NCBI GenBank assembly: GCA_964276515.1
Contig: OZ193909.1
Span: forward strand, 20,522,001-20,586,000
DNA: 64,000 bases
Source: Gordius albopunctatus
Lineage: Eukaryota
Direction of reading: 5' to 3'
The notes beneath the pieces are model-generated. The model was not told where the DNA came from, did no database searches, and saw only the letters and a list, made by a program, of their open reading frames with translations. A program made the position numbers and the translations under genes. Positions 51,790 through 64,000 of this stretch are shown in pieces (the first letter of the stretch is position 1; each line of letters opens with the position of its first letter).

Positions 51790-52350
51790 TTTACGGTATC
51801 GAGAATATTTATTTGTTACAGCTATGGGCGTAGTTGAGTAAAAAATTGAGACAAAAAGGATAAAGCTATCGTGGAAGAGAGTTTAGGACAATAAGTAGCA
51901 CCATAACGATAAATAAGTACAAAAACGTAGTATAAATAGTCCGCTAGATGGCGGTATAAACTACCAAAAAACAGGGTTACGGCTGTCGCAAACCATCTAG
52001 GATGCTAGGGCAATGATCTCACCAAATTTGGTGGCAATCGGTCGAGAACTTTAGGAGTTATTAGAGGCCGACTTCAATTTTTTTCTATAACTCTATATTC
52101 AAATTTTCAAAGAACACGATAGATACGCAGTACGTCATGAGGTTGCGTTTGATTGACATTTTATCAAACGTCAAAACGTATAAAACCGGACTAAAATGAA
52201 TTTTAGGAATCTGAAAAAGCTATTTTACCACCGGCCGCCCTGGGCATCTACGGCTAAAGTTTCGCGCGAATCGGGTCGGTAGTTTAAGACTTTAACCCTT
52301 CTTATCCACATACATACATACACTACACTTTACTTTATATTACACGTTAA
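51790..52350 (-). mobile_element. Helitron-like non-autonomous remnant
   Basis: Reverse strand begins TAATATAAAGTAAAG..(TATG)n, similar to the Helitron 5' end at 21231; shares TTAGGAGTTATTAGAGG with ~56860-56912, whose reverse begins ATCTATATATATATAAA. Confidence 0.5.
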
Positions 52351-54019
52351 TTCTTCAACAAAAACATTTTACTAAATTTTACCTAGAATTCAGTGAATGA
52401 GAAGGCACCTGCCAACTTCACCTATGTGATAAATAATCTTTTCTCCTATAGCTGTTTGCATATGCGTAGCCAAGATTGATAGAGAGGGGGGGGCATTAAT
52501 GCTTTAGGTAGGGGCAAAATAGTAATTTTATAAAATTGCAGCCATAACTATGTAACATTTTTAAGAATATCCAGTTTAGCTACGTCCATAACGGCTAATT
52601 AAGAATTCTAATGCAATTCTCATTTTAGAGGTATAGCATGCATGGTCTTAGCCAGTGGATGGAGGCGGCTACCCCCTGTAAATCCTTAAATTTTCCGAAA
52701 TTTGATATAATTAAGGGTTAAATTTTAAAAAATTATGATTTTGCCCCTCCCTAAAGCATTAATGCCCCCCCCTCTGGTTTCAATCCAGGCTACGCCCATG
52801 ATACCATGAGTTTATGCATTACAAACTCCTATAGGAATCAGGATTGAATCAATTAGGTTTTAAATGGTGTAGCATCCACACAGGTCTCTGCTGGGGTGCT
52901 CGATAAAACTTTACTGGACACTAGTGTTTTAAGAACGGGGCTGAATTTTATTTGGTCTACCTTGGGTTTTAGTCGACGACTAAACATAAACAGACAAAAG
53001 GTCGATCTCTAGCTAGGCTCAGTTAAAATTTAAAAAACAGACCAGAATATACGATTCAACTTCAAGCGCGATATTTTTTGGTTTGTCTAAATATGGGCGA
53101 TATATACATGTCGTGGAATCAACAATTTTAGTTTAGTTACCATATGATGATTGTGGCATTAATAAGCGTAATTAAAGGATAAATATTTGTTTTATCAGCA
53201 AAAAAAACAAACGTATAAAAAATGACGTGACGCTCGTATTAAGACGATTCGTTTTTTTTGCATCTATGCAAAATCGCATTTTAAGACGGACCCTTAATTA
53301 AACAAAAGGTGGACCAAGCAAAACAAGCACTAGTGGACACTTGGAAAAATTAATTAAATATTCCGTCCCGGGCTTACTTTTTTTTAATCATAAATAGTTT
53401 ATTAATCTATGGCTAATTATAATACGGTAAAATGTAATACAAATTTAGTATATTAAAAAAAATTAAATAAGAGCGTTAAATCTCCTACAAATTGCATCTT
53501 CTTCATATGGGATCAATTTACTAGTGATAATTTGGAAATTATAAATATTATTGTAATTTAACCTATTTTTTGCATATGGTAATTTTAGATTAACATTTCA
53601 CTAGATATTTACCTATAGCAATTCGTAATAAAATCGTAAATATATTGGGGGATTTTCAGCACTTATTTTAGTTTTTATATATTTATCAAGTTTTTAATAG
53701 ATTATTGTTCATCCTTTTTAACGAGTTATGATAGGGCTCAGACAAAAAATGTAAATTTTATCGTAGTTATTAGGAGTGCGGAAATGATATTAAAAAAATT
53801 ATTTAAAGGGGAGCGCAGGTCGAGATGTTTTTTGGACAGAGGGGGTAATCTCCCCCCCTCTCCGGACTTCACTTAGTTATACTAAAATTGTTGATTTGAA
53901 GTTGTGCTAATCATATTAAGTCTTAAATTAGTCAATTAACATTTGCCTTTAGCATTTGTCTTTATGGTCCATTAACTTAATTAAGTCACATTAATCGTAT
54001 AATATGACAATCATTTGAT

Positions 54020-54036
54020 TGACGTGCTATAAAAGA
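54020..54036 (+). promoter_or_regulatory. Putative TATA box with adjacent TGACGT motif (mirrored at ~59045-59061)
   Basis: TGACGTGCTATAAAAG about 60 nt upstream of the ATG at 54092. Confidence 0.5.
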
Positions 54037-54091
54037 GGAAATATTATCAAACAGCTTTATTATTTTTTCCTTCAAACTAAATTCAATTGTC

Positions 54092-55013
54092 ATGAATTTC
54101 AAATTGGTCTTCATTGTGGCTACTTTCATTTCCTGTGATGGTCAGTTTTTAATATTCTTTAAAATTTCAAATGGGAAAAACTTGTGAACTTTTAAAATAT
54201 AATTTTCTTTCGATAGCTGGGCATAGGAATAAGAGAATAGTCTTTCCCAACGTCCTTGCCAATTTTGTATTCGTGTTCGATAGCAATAGTTACGTAAACC
54301 GTTATGAATGGGAATGTGCTATTGAGGATGCACAGGTAATGTTTTTTTAATTTTAAAACATAAGAATATTGCTGAAACATTTATTTCTTTATCCCATATA
54401 TAAAAGAATTTGGTTGAAGATTTGCATCTTAAAAATCCGATAACTCCAAAAGGAAGCCGATTCGGCATAATAACATATGACAAATACGCTTACGTTGATT
54501 TAGAACTGACCGCAGGCACCTCTCTCCCAGCAGTTCGCCATGCCCTACAATATCTCCGCCCTAGAGGTAACCTAACACTGCATAGCATTAATTGAAAAAT
54601 TCTATTTTCACATAGGTGGTGCCAATAATAGAAAAGAAGGACTGGAAAAAGCTTACGAAATTCTTAAGCTCAATTCCAAGCCAGGTGCTTACCAGGCTAT
54701 CATAGTGTACGTTCACGACCCGGCTCAATTCGATAGCACATTGGCTGTTGCTGAGAAGATATTGGGTGCCAATATCCTAGTATTAGTGGTTGCTTATGGA
54801 CCAGATTATGATCGTGTCGAAGCTTTGAATTTAGTCGCTAATGATACTTCTCTCTTGAGTGTAATCGATTGTTCCTCTCCCAGAATCACCACACCTAGAG
54901 ATACTAGAACTAGAGCTACAACTCCTAGAATTACTACTCCTAGGATTACCACTAGGATTACCACTAGGGCTACCCGCACCCGTCGCCCCTTTTATTATTT
55001 CGATACAATTTAA
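54092..55013 (+). CDS. Secreted VWA-domain protein with Thr/Arg-rich tail, copy 1 (241 aa)
   Basis: Exons 54092-54140, 54217-54335, 54407-54566, 54616-55013. Signal-like MNFKLVFIVATFISCDA, then RNKR; VWA-like pattern FVFVFDSNS..., SRFGIITY, ALQYL..GG.NN..GLEKAYEIL, AIIVYVHD, ILVLVVAYG; tail of ITT(P)R repeats. Confidence 0.8.
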
Positions 55014-55244
55014 ATTTAACGTGATTTGTTATCTTTTCACCTTTTATTTTATGTTACTTCCAATTATTTTGTTGAATTTTGTAGATTCTGAATAAATTGA
55101 ATTACTTACACAGACATGATTTTAAAATCCTATATCTATTCCTTAATAAAATCTGAGACCCTAAATGATTATTATGGCCCGAGTTGGAAAATTTTCAAAC
55201 GTACACGTCTTTATTATGAACGACTACCTATTTTTTAAAGGATC

Positions 55245-56850
55245 ATATTGTATAGAGCCAAGCCGACATATCTTCTTATCTATCACGTGTTAGGTCCCCA
55301 CTGTCGTATTGGCTTGTTTTGATAAGTTTCTACGATCTTGATCGAGTAAGCGCCATGTCCTATTTATTTTCTTAGTTTTAATAACTTTGTCTACTTGTTC
55401 TTTCCACCTGACTCTCCCATCTTAGTATATGACCATACCACTTTAGCCGATTTTCGTTAATCAAGTCCGCCATAAGTTAATTAACTGTTTTTGCCCTGAA
55501 ACTGTCATTTTTCACATGGTCGAGCTTAGTATACTCTAAGCTCCACCTTATCATTCAAATCTCCGTGGCGTTTACTGCACATGATTCAGGTATAAGGAAT
55601 AACACCGGTCTTATGATGAGTTTGTGGGCTTAGCTCTTCAATTATACCGGCACATACTCCACCATTTAAGCCATCCTTTTTGGATCTCTGCTGAGATTTA
55701 TTTTACGCAACTTCCCTCTTGATGTAAAATCGAGCCAGGGTATATAAACCGGTCTAATTTTTGGTTCTTTAAGCGCTCTAGCGATGGATTGCCCAAACGT
55801 GTCATAAACTTTCTCCAAGTCGATAAATACCTTATCCCATATTTATCCATAAATTTTAGTAGTGCGAAGATTGGGTAGAATGTGGATTTGCCGGCCAAAA
55901 ATCCGAATTAAGCCTATATTTCCAGCTCGTCTTTCAGCCTTGCTACTAAGACCCTTTCCATAAGTTTCAATGAGAGTCAAGCTAGCTTGATACCTCTTTT
56001 ATCAATATCTTATTATAAATATTCGTCATGGTCGTGACTCCTTCTTCTCGGCATCCGACTCATGCTTTAATAATAATTCCATCTGGCAACATTCATTTTC
56101 ATTTTTGCATCTTATTCACTTGTGTTCTAACTTCCTCTTGAAAGAGTTCCACCATACTTATGTTGGGCCCAACATCGCGAGGGGAATCTTTGTCATTTGC
56201 AATTAGTTCCTTTAAATATCTTCTCCACCTTTTTATGACCTCTTTGGCTTAAATATGGTTTGACCTTTCTCGTTTTTAAGAACTTTGTCAAGGGATCTTA
56301 TATTATCCCTTATCTCATTTCAACTCCATATACACTGCAATCTTCGTTATTGCAACATCTTTCTATATTCTTGATGATCCTCCGACTTTTTTGATTTATG
56401 CCACAGTCTATATAAAGTTTTCTTCCTTTTGATGAAAACCCTAATCGATTGATCCCACCACCATAGTTCCTTATTAATACCTCTGCCTCCTTTAATTGTT
56501 GTGGAATCCGAATCCCTGTTTTCTTTATGTCCGCCGTTAGCGTCTCCAAATCGTCGTCTACGTTCCTTTACAACTTCTTTGCAACCAAGAGTGTGGAGAT
56601 TTGATGATATTTATCGTTTGTCGACGTATTGTTTATTGTTTCGAAACAAATTCGAGGTTCATATATATCCTTTTTTTCGGGAAATACTTTTCTTTCAAGA
56701 TCCATAACAAGGGGACGATGTTGCCTCGCTATGTCTTCTCCCGATATTAAATTGCAATCTTTAATCCTCCATAAATCCTTTCGCCGTGTGAGCAGATAGA
56801 CAATATGACTCAAATGCCTTTCACTTCTATAACCCTCAATAAGATGTTCG
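55245..56850 (-). mobile_element. Decayed RTE-clade LINE in the palindrome spacer
   Basis: AP-endonuclease C-terminus HIVYLLTRR...IKDC..ISGEDIARQHRPLVMD; downstream RT-linker and C-terminal-like pieces (WYGHILR, RWKEQV) with many lesions. Confidence 0.75.
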
Positions 56851-58046
56851 TCGCGAATTTTAGGAGTTATTAGAGGACAAAGAAAATGGAGTTACATTTA
56901 TATATATATAGATTCAAGATATGTAACCTCAATGACGCATAAGCTTTCCTAATTCAAACCAATACAAGTTGCCATCGTCGGTCGCCTTGGAGACTAATTG
57001 TCTTTGGGTCAGAAACTTTAATAATTTTACTAGTCACTTCATCTCAACTTATAAATTCCATTGAATCCGTATTCTAAAAAATTATTAAGAAATTAATAAC
57101 CATCGTATCTTTAACTCATATATGCGCTATAAACTATGGCTAAATATAAGTGTAAAAATAACTAACTAAGATTCAGGATCTATTTAAACAGGAGGGGCCA
57201 TGGGCGTAGCCAGGTTTTGCATTAGGGAGGGGGGGGGCAAAACATAAAATTTTCCAAATTTTTTAAAATGTTATACGTAATATCAAAACTTCATTGACAA
57301 GTAGACTTAGCGTCTAGACTTTCTAATATATGCTGGCCTTGCTATTGTATTCTTTGTGCCGAGGGTCTGCGATAATATCCTGTTAGGTATTAAAAAATCA
57401 TGTATTCGATCAAGGTTACAACTTCAATAGTCGTTACTTAAGAATTGACTGTAATTTTATCACCTTTTGCCGTGATGAAAATTTTAGATCAACTGTGTAA
57501 TCGCTCTACACTAGTCCATTTACATGAAGTTCAAACATCGTGAATGTATGTGTTAGTGGTCATATGAGAAATAGTTTTTAAGTGTGATTATTTTGGCTGA
57601 TATAGTACCCCAAAATGTGACAATTCAACGTATCATAAGAGTACATAATCGGATTCGATAAAGATTCTATCAGTTTGGATTAATAGTGAAGCTAGATGAT
57701 GTGTCTTTGCTCCATGGTCTGCTATGCCGCAGTGCTCAAGCATCTCACCAAACGCAGGTTACAAGCGTGGTCTCGTCGTTCAGCTGCCAAGGCTGCCCGG
57801 TAACATCACCTGGAGGTAGACAACCACCGTTACCATCCAATAAGATTTTTGTTCTAAGAGCATATCCACATGCTGTCAAAGCTATATCATTACTGAAAGA
57901 TCAACTTACCACCCTCCATTTTACATCTCGCTCTATGTAATCTCAGTGTAAACAGCTTCAATTTTATTAAACTTACGAAATTATAGGCGAAATTTAACAG
58001 AATTTAACAAGAATGTAACATATAACAAAGGTGATAAGATAACAAA

Positions 58047-58989
58047 TCACAACAAATTAATTCTATCGAAATAATAAACGGGGCGACGGGTGCGGGTAGC
58101 CCTAGTGGTAATCCTAGTGGTAATCCTAGGAGTAGTCCTAGCAGTAGTAATTCTAGGAGTTGTAGCTCTAGTTCTAGTATCTCTAGGTGTGGTGATTCTG
58201 GGAGAGGAACAATCGATTACACTCAAGAGAGAAGTATCATTAGCGACTAAATTCAAAGCTTCGACACGATCATAATCTGGTCCATAAGCAACCACTAATA
58301 CTAGGATATTGGCACCCAATATCTTCTCAGCAACAGCCAATGTGCTATCGAATTGAGCCGGGTCGTGAACGTACACTATGATAGCCTGGTAAGCACCTGG
58401 CTTGGAATTGAGCTTAAGAATTTCGTAAGCTTTTTCCAGTCCTTCTTTTCTATTATTGGCACCACCTATGTGAAAATAGAATTTTTCAATTAATGCTATG
58501 CAGTGTTAGGTTACCTCTAGGGCGGAGATATTGTAGGGCATGGCGAACTGCTGGGAGAGAGGTGCCTGCGGTCAGTTCTAAATCAACGTAAGCGTATTTG
58601 TCATATGTTATTATGCCGAATCGGCTTCCTTTTGGAGTTATCGGATTTTTAAGATGCAAATCTTCAACCAAATTCTTTTATATATGGGATAAAGAAATAA
58701 ATGTTTCAGCAATATTCTTATGTTTTAAAATTAAAAAAACATTACCTGTGCATCCTCAATAGCACATTCCCATTCATAACGGTTTACGTAACTATTGCTA
58801 TCGAACACGAATACAAAATTGGCAAGGACGTTGGGAAAGACTATTCTCTTATTCCTATGCCCAGCTATCGAAAGAAAATTATATTTTAAAAGTTCACAAG
58901 TTTTTCCCATTTGAAATTTTAAAGAATATTAAAAACTGACCATCACAGGAAATGAAAGTAGCCACAATGAAGACCAATTTGAAATTCAT
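58047..58989 (-). CDS. Secreted VWA-domain protein with Thr/Arg-rich tail, copy 2 (248 aa)
   Basis: Exons 58989-58941, 58864-58746, 58674-58515, 58465-58047; appears identical to copy 1 except for the tail repeat and C-terminus (RRPVYYFDRINLL vs RRPFYYFDTI). Confidence 0.8.
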
Positions 58990-60923
58990 GACAATTGAAT
59001 TTAGTTTGAAGGAAAAAATAATAAAGCTGTTTGATAATATTTCCTCTTTTATAGCACGTCAATCAAATGATTGTCATATTATACGATTAATGTGACTTAA
59101 TTAAGTTAATGGACCATAAAGACAAATGCTAAAGGCAAATGTTAATTGACTAATTTAACGCTTAGTTTGCTAAGCACAATTAACCAATCCAGTAAACTAC
59201 CAGAAGTCAGGAGATAGTGGGTGGGAGAGTTTTCCATTTGTCCAAAAGCAGCCAAGCTTGCCCCCCCCCCACCTCCAAAAAATAAAATTTACATTTTTTA
59301 AAAAATATTATTTCCTGAGCCATAATAACTACGATAAAATTTACATTTTTTGTCTTGGCCTTACGCGCTATTAATAGTGGATCCACCATAACTCTTTAAA
59401 AACTTGATAAATATAAACAGGCTTAAAATTTCTAATATATCATTATATTTTTACGATTTTATGGCGATTTCATAGCTAAATATCTCGTGGAATTTGAAGA
59501 TTAATTTAAAATTACCACATTCGAAATAAACAAAAAATATTAATTGTTTGAAATAGCAACGATATTAGGTATATTTAAAAAAAATGTGAAAGTATACATT
59601 TTTACTGATCACTCTTAAAAGGATTGTGTAAAGCCCTATGCCCTATTTATTAATTTTTGAGGCAGCCCGACCAGAGGTCCGATTTAGTTTTAAATAATCG
59701 GGACTCCATTTAAATTATAAATCTTCGCGCAGCGTCCATAACTATTAAAACTCCAGGTCTCTCTCTTGTCTATATTTTATTCTAATTTATAGATCCATTG
59801 TAGCTATAAAAATATAATTAAACAATTGAAAAACTTATTTATTTTGAAAAATTGTAGCGAGACAATGTCTTTTTCTACACTTATCCTTCTTTTAAATTAC
59901 TATTGATACCAATCAAAGTTATTCTAAAGTATCACATAAATTTTAAATATAAAATCTGCCCAAAGGTCCGGGCCAAAAAATAAAAAGGATCTCAGGCTCG
60001 GCTGGGGTAAATCGAAAATTGATAGATTTTGCGGTGCTCTATATGCGATAAAAATAAAATTTTAGATCTCTGATCAATGATTTTAACACATATATAACGT
60101 GTAGTGAGTTTGTCCAGCCAAATTTAGTTATTAGTTATACATTCTAAGGGAAATGTTATAGAAGACAATGTAAAAGTATAAGCTAAGTCATCTAACGCAA
60201 AACATTTTTATGCCAACGAACGTGGTCCACTGTGTTTCATAAATTCTATATTTTTTTCAAAGTCCTGCCTAGTGCCTACCAAAGGTCAGATTAGTTAAAA
60301 ACTTTTCTGCAGAATCCGGCTCGGTTCGATTTTATAACTAAATTTTGCACCCGAGCTTGTCCGGGCGTGCCCGTATCTTAGTCCGCCCGGCCACATTAAG
60401 CCCGAATACCCCTAATCTTGTTATGGCGCACAAAAATCCAAATTTATGACAGTTGCCCGGCCCGGCCCACGGAACGGGCGTGTAAAGTCGGGTAGCGGAC
60501 CGGACTTGGCTTTTCTGGTCTCTTATAGGAACATAAAAATTTTAAGGTAAACTTGCTCATACATTTCATAACAAATATTTTTAAAATTCAAGTAATAAAA
60601 GATTCCATTATAGTTTAATACACCATTTTATGTCCTAAAATTTATACATTATCCATTTTATAAATAATTTCGCCATAGAATATTTTTTCCTAATAAAGCT
60701 TATGTTCCCATGATTTAATGTAATCTAAAATCGCCCAGAAAATTCAATGGATTAGAGTTCACCTATCAACCCTTCCTGTTTAATGTGAAAGGTAATGAAA
60801 ATGGCACAGCAAATTCATAATATGATTTATAGCTTGAAACTTTCAGAGGTGCACCATGAGTTCAAGCATTAAAAACTCTGGCAAACTCATGATTTTATAT
60901 AATGCACAGAAGTCGCTGGGGTG

Positions 60924-61441
60924 TAGAGGCCTGCATGGGCCGGGCCAGCCTGCGACCCCGCCGGACCTAAAATAGAGCAATAAAAAAAGTGCGGGCCGGG
61001 CTTGGGTTTTGAAAAGTAAAAAAAATTTAATTCATTTAACTTCATACTATAATTCTAATATAGAAACAAAAAAAATTCACTTATTAGCTTAACAATAAAA
61101 AAATTTAATTTTCCGAACAACAATCTGGTGGAAATCATTATGTTGAAAATGATAAAATAATCAGTTTATTATCTGGCAAAGATTTATTGGAAAACTTGTT
61201 CACCTTATGAAAAGGTAAGTATCGAGTTAGAAGCGTATAAGACACCAACACTTATAAAATATTACTTTTGAACAATACAAAATAGTTTTTATACAAAGAA
61301 ATAATTTTGAAACAACGTAGACTTGCTAATGCCGCGCAATTTTTGAGATTTTTTTGCGGGCCGGGTGCGGGCCAAAGAAATAATATTTGTGCGGGTATGG
61401 GCCGGGCCTGAACCTAAAATTTCGGCCCATGCAGACCTCTA
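60924..61441. mobile_element. hAT-type MITE
   Basis: TIR TAGAGGCCTGCATGGGCCG / CGGCCCATGCAGACCTCTA; TSD CTGGGGTG/CTTGGGTG; GCGGGCC subterminal repeats. Confidence 0.85.
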
Positions 61442-62861
61442 CTTGGGTGCTCAAAAAATCTTAGCCACTTTAGGTCAACTTATAAAATTATTTTGATTAA
61501 GTAACCACCTATTCAAAGTATCATTGTATCAGGCAGGTTTTGGATTAGGGAAGGGGGGGGGGCAAAACCCTAAATTTTTAAGGGTTTTTGCATAGAAAAA
61601 ACGGCCGCCCCCCCCCCCCTGCCCCCCCCCCCCGGCTACGCTCATGGACATGATAAATTTTATTAGGTAAATTAATTTAATTATAAAAATTCAAATTTAA
61701 ATGTTTAGGGATTTATGATTATTACATCTCAAATGCCGTCTGTTATACCGAGATGGGTAAAGCATCTATAAATTAAAAAAATATATCATAGGAATTAATC
61801 TCTGAACTTATCGATAATTATTTTTTTTGTTAATAAAATTTTGTAAAGTATATAGATACAAAAAAATTTGGTATAAAGTAAACAAGCTTAAAAATGCCAC
61901 CGGCTGTATGTTTTGTTCGGTCGAAAGGTTTTATAAAAGTTAAAAAACGTTGAATTCATCACAACTAAATCGGATGCTAAGGATATAATATGCAATAAAT
62001 ATATTAAGAAATATTTACATGCCCTAGGGGCCTCTTATAATTATTTAACAAGCAAAAATTCTTTAATTTTGAATTTTAACCAGTTACTTGGTAGTGTAAA
62101 TTGGATTAAAATTAAAAGTATTCCAATTATATCTATTTACATTACACACCATAGATAAAAATTAAAAATGCATGGGCGTAGCCGGGGGGCGGTTGCCCTT
62201 CTCTAATCCCAAAAATTTGATAAAACTTATTAAAATTATGACTAAAATATCAAAATATATTTATTTTGTCCCTCTCTAAATCATTACTCACCCCCTCTGA
62301 TCCAAATGCGGGCTACGCCCATTGAAAAATGCACAAGTAATTTTACTATATTATTATAATGATGGTCATAAAGAATTTTGAAGCCGAGGTCTCGCTTACA
62401 AAATATCGTCTCGTCTCAATGTCAGATTTCTCGCCTCAATCTCGGATCCATTTTCAACGTCTAGTCTCGACTTTACTTTTATTTAATTAAAATACAAAAA
62501 TTTTATGAAAGATGTAATAAAATTTATTAAATACCTAACATCAGTGACGCGCACGCTATACAAATAAAAGCCGACGTAACAGACTGCCGTTGTCGGTTGC
62601 CTTGGAACTTCTGTGGTTAGTGTTCTTAGTTAGACCTACTATTTTTTATTTTAAATCTCTATTGAATTATTAATGATAAAATTTACAAATTTAAGGAATT
62701 ATATAAAATATTTTATCTTACATTTGATCTAAGGTCTTAATTTGTAGAACTAAGTCTTTCATAGGGTTCAGCAAACTTCCCTGAAACCTATATGACGTGC
62801 TTATTCATCTTAAATTAATGGCATTGAATGCATTACCTTCCACGAACGTATACGACTTTGT

Positions 62862-63296
62862 TCACTTTAGGCTAAACAGCTGAACATAACGGTTTAAACT
62901 TAGTTTACTATAAGCCTGAATATCAGAGGCAATATAGGTGTTGATTTTTTTATATGATTCGATAAATCCGGACATGGTCCCTACTCGATCAAGATGGAAT
63001 AAACTCATCAATACAAACCCCAGGACTGTGTAGCCTAGTATAAGATAAGGTGAAAGATGGACGCGACCATTTGTGGAGGACACTTTTGAAGAATTTTCCA
63101 TCGCAATTGCAACCTGGTAAGAAATCATCTTTAATTTTGAAATTTTCACGACATTTAGGCGCGTTTTCACGAGGCTATGTTTAAGGGAGTCGAAGGAGTA
63201 ATGGTGTTGCTCCTTAATCATGACTTTGCCGGTGTAGTACTTGTTCTTAGTCTGACGATTGTAGCGGCCAATGTTGGTTGCGCTTTCAACTTTGAG
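62862..63296 (-). other. Possible coding exon or pseudo-exon of unknown identity
   Basis: About 145-codon open frame after a pyrimidine-rich TAG acceptor (~63297), more GC-rich than its flanks; no recognisable motif. Confidence 0.25.
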
Positions 63297-64000
63297 CTAT
63301 TTAGGAAAGAGAACCAGTATTGAGAACTTAATGTGTAATGATAAGCTTGAGGTGACTTTTATAACATTGTAAATAAATTTATGTATAGATGTGGGAAGTA
63401 AGATTATAATTGCTGATAAAATAACTTTTAATCGATGTAACATATATGCGATAAATAACAAGGATGGATATGATAGTCAAATTAACTTGATCAAAACCAT
63501 GGCATTATTTCAAATTTAATCAATAAAAATTGATGAAGTTATATAAATTATCTAAGTGGATATTATATTTATGAGTCAAATTAACAATACTAAATAAAAC
63601 ATTACGAAGGCCTCAATAGAAAATGCCTTTTAGAATGGTTGGCTTATTGAGTTGTAAAGAGACCTAAAGTACAAATCAGAGTTGAGCAATTTCTAAAGTA
63701 TAATATAGTAGTTACCAATTCTCTACTGCCAAATAATTTTGTCAACGGTTATGGAATAATTCAAATATCAAATAATTGTATTTATTAGTTGAATGCTATT
63801 TACTAAGTATAATTTAGCATAATTATGTTCTAATTCTTAGACTAAAGATGGTGTATATTTACTATAAAACATTCAATTAAGTTCATATTTGAGGTTGTTG
63901 AATATACCTTTTGTTTTTTACCTAACATAGAAAAGTAACAAATCGCGCATTTGTTGTTTTTTAAATATTCGCGATGTTTTAATCGATATGGAAGGAAGAT

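Larger units (their letters stand above)
53926..59156. repeat. Large inverted duplication (arms ~53926-55040 and ~58030-59156, spacer ~3 kb)
   Basis: Mirror ORFs with identical translations (54192-54380 / 58701-58889 and 54410-54595 / 58486-58671); coordinates sum to a constant 113081. Confidence 0.95.

Noticed and set aside
54192..54380. Antisense 62-aa ORF conserved in both palindrome arms
   Set aside because: Conservation is explained by arm identity; it overlaps VWA exon 2 and introns on the opposite strand.
54890..54985. Short repeats (ACTCCTAGAATT/ACCACTAGGATT) as a CRISPR-like array
   Set aside because: They are the in-frame codon repeats of the Thr/Arg tail; no spacers; eukaryotic context.

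Overview
AT-rich, intron-containing animal (invertebrate-type) genomic DNA; not prokaryotic, and no rRNA, tRNA or CRISPR array was seen. Manual GT-AG exon chaining gives six protein genes: an unidentified coiled-coil gene (-), an unusually long RYBP/YAF2 gene (-), a 14-exon MAGI-family scaffold gene that appears to lack its WW domains and one PDZ (+), an RTN4IP1-like oxidoreductase (-) with a Ty3/gypsy pol remnant and nested hAT MITE at its 5' end, and an inverted, near-identical pair of secreted VWA-domain genes with Thr/Arg-rich tails. Intergenic and intronic DNA is dense in hAT MITEs (8-bp TSDs), Mutator-like, Tc1/mariner-like, piggyBac-like, Helitron, RTE and CRE relics. Several introns are only 35-39 nt. 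All family assignments come from motif recognition by eye; no searches were run. I did not find a clearly new multi-gene system; the best leads are the domain-altered MAGI and RYBP, the retroelement-filled RTN4IP1 intron and the VWA palindrome.
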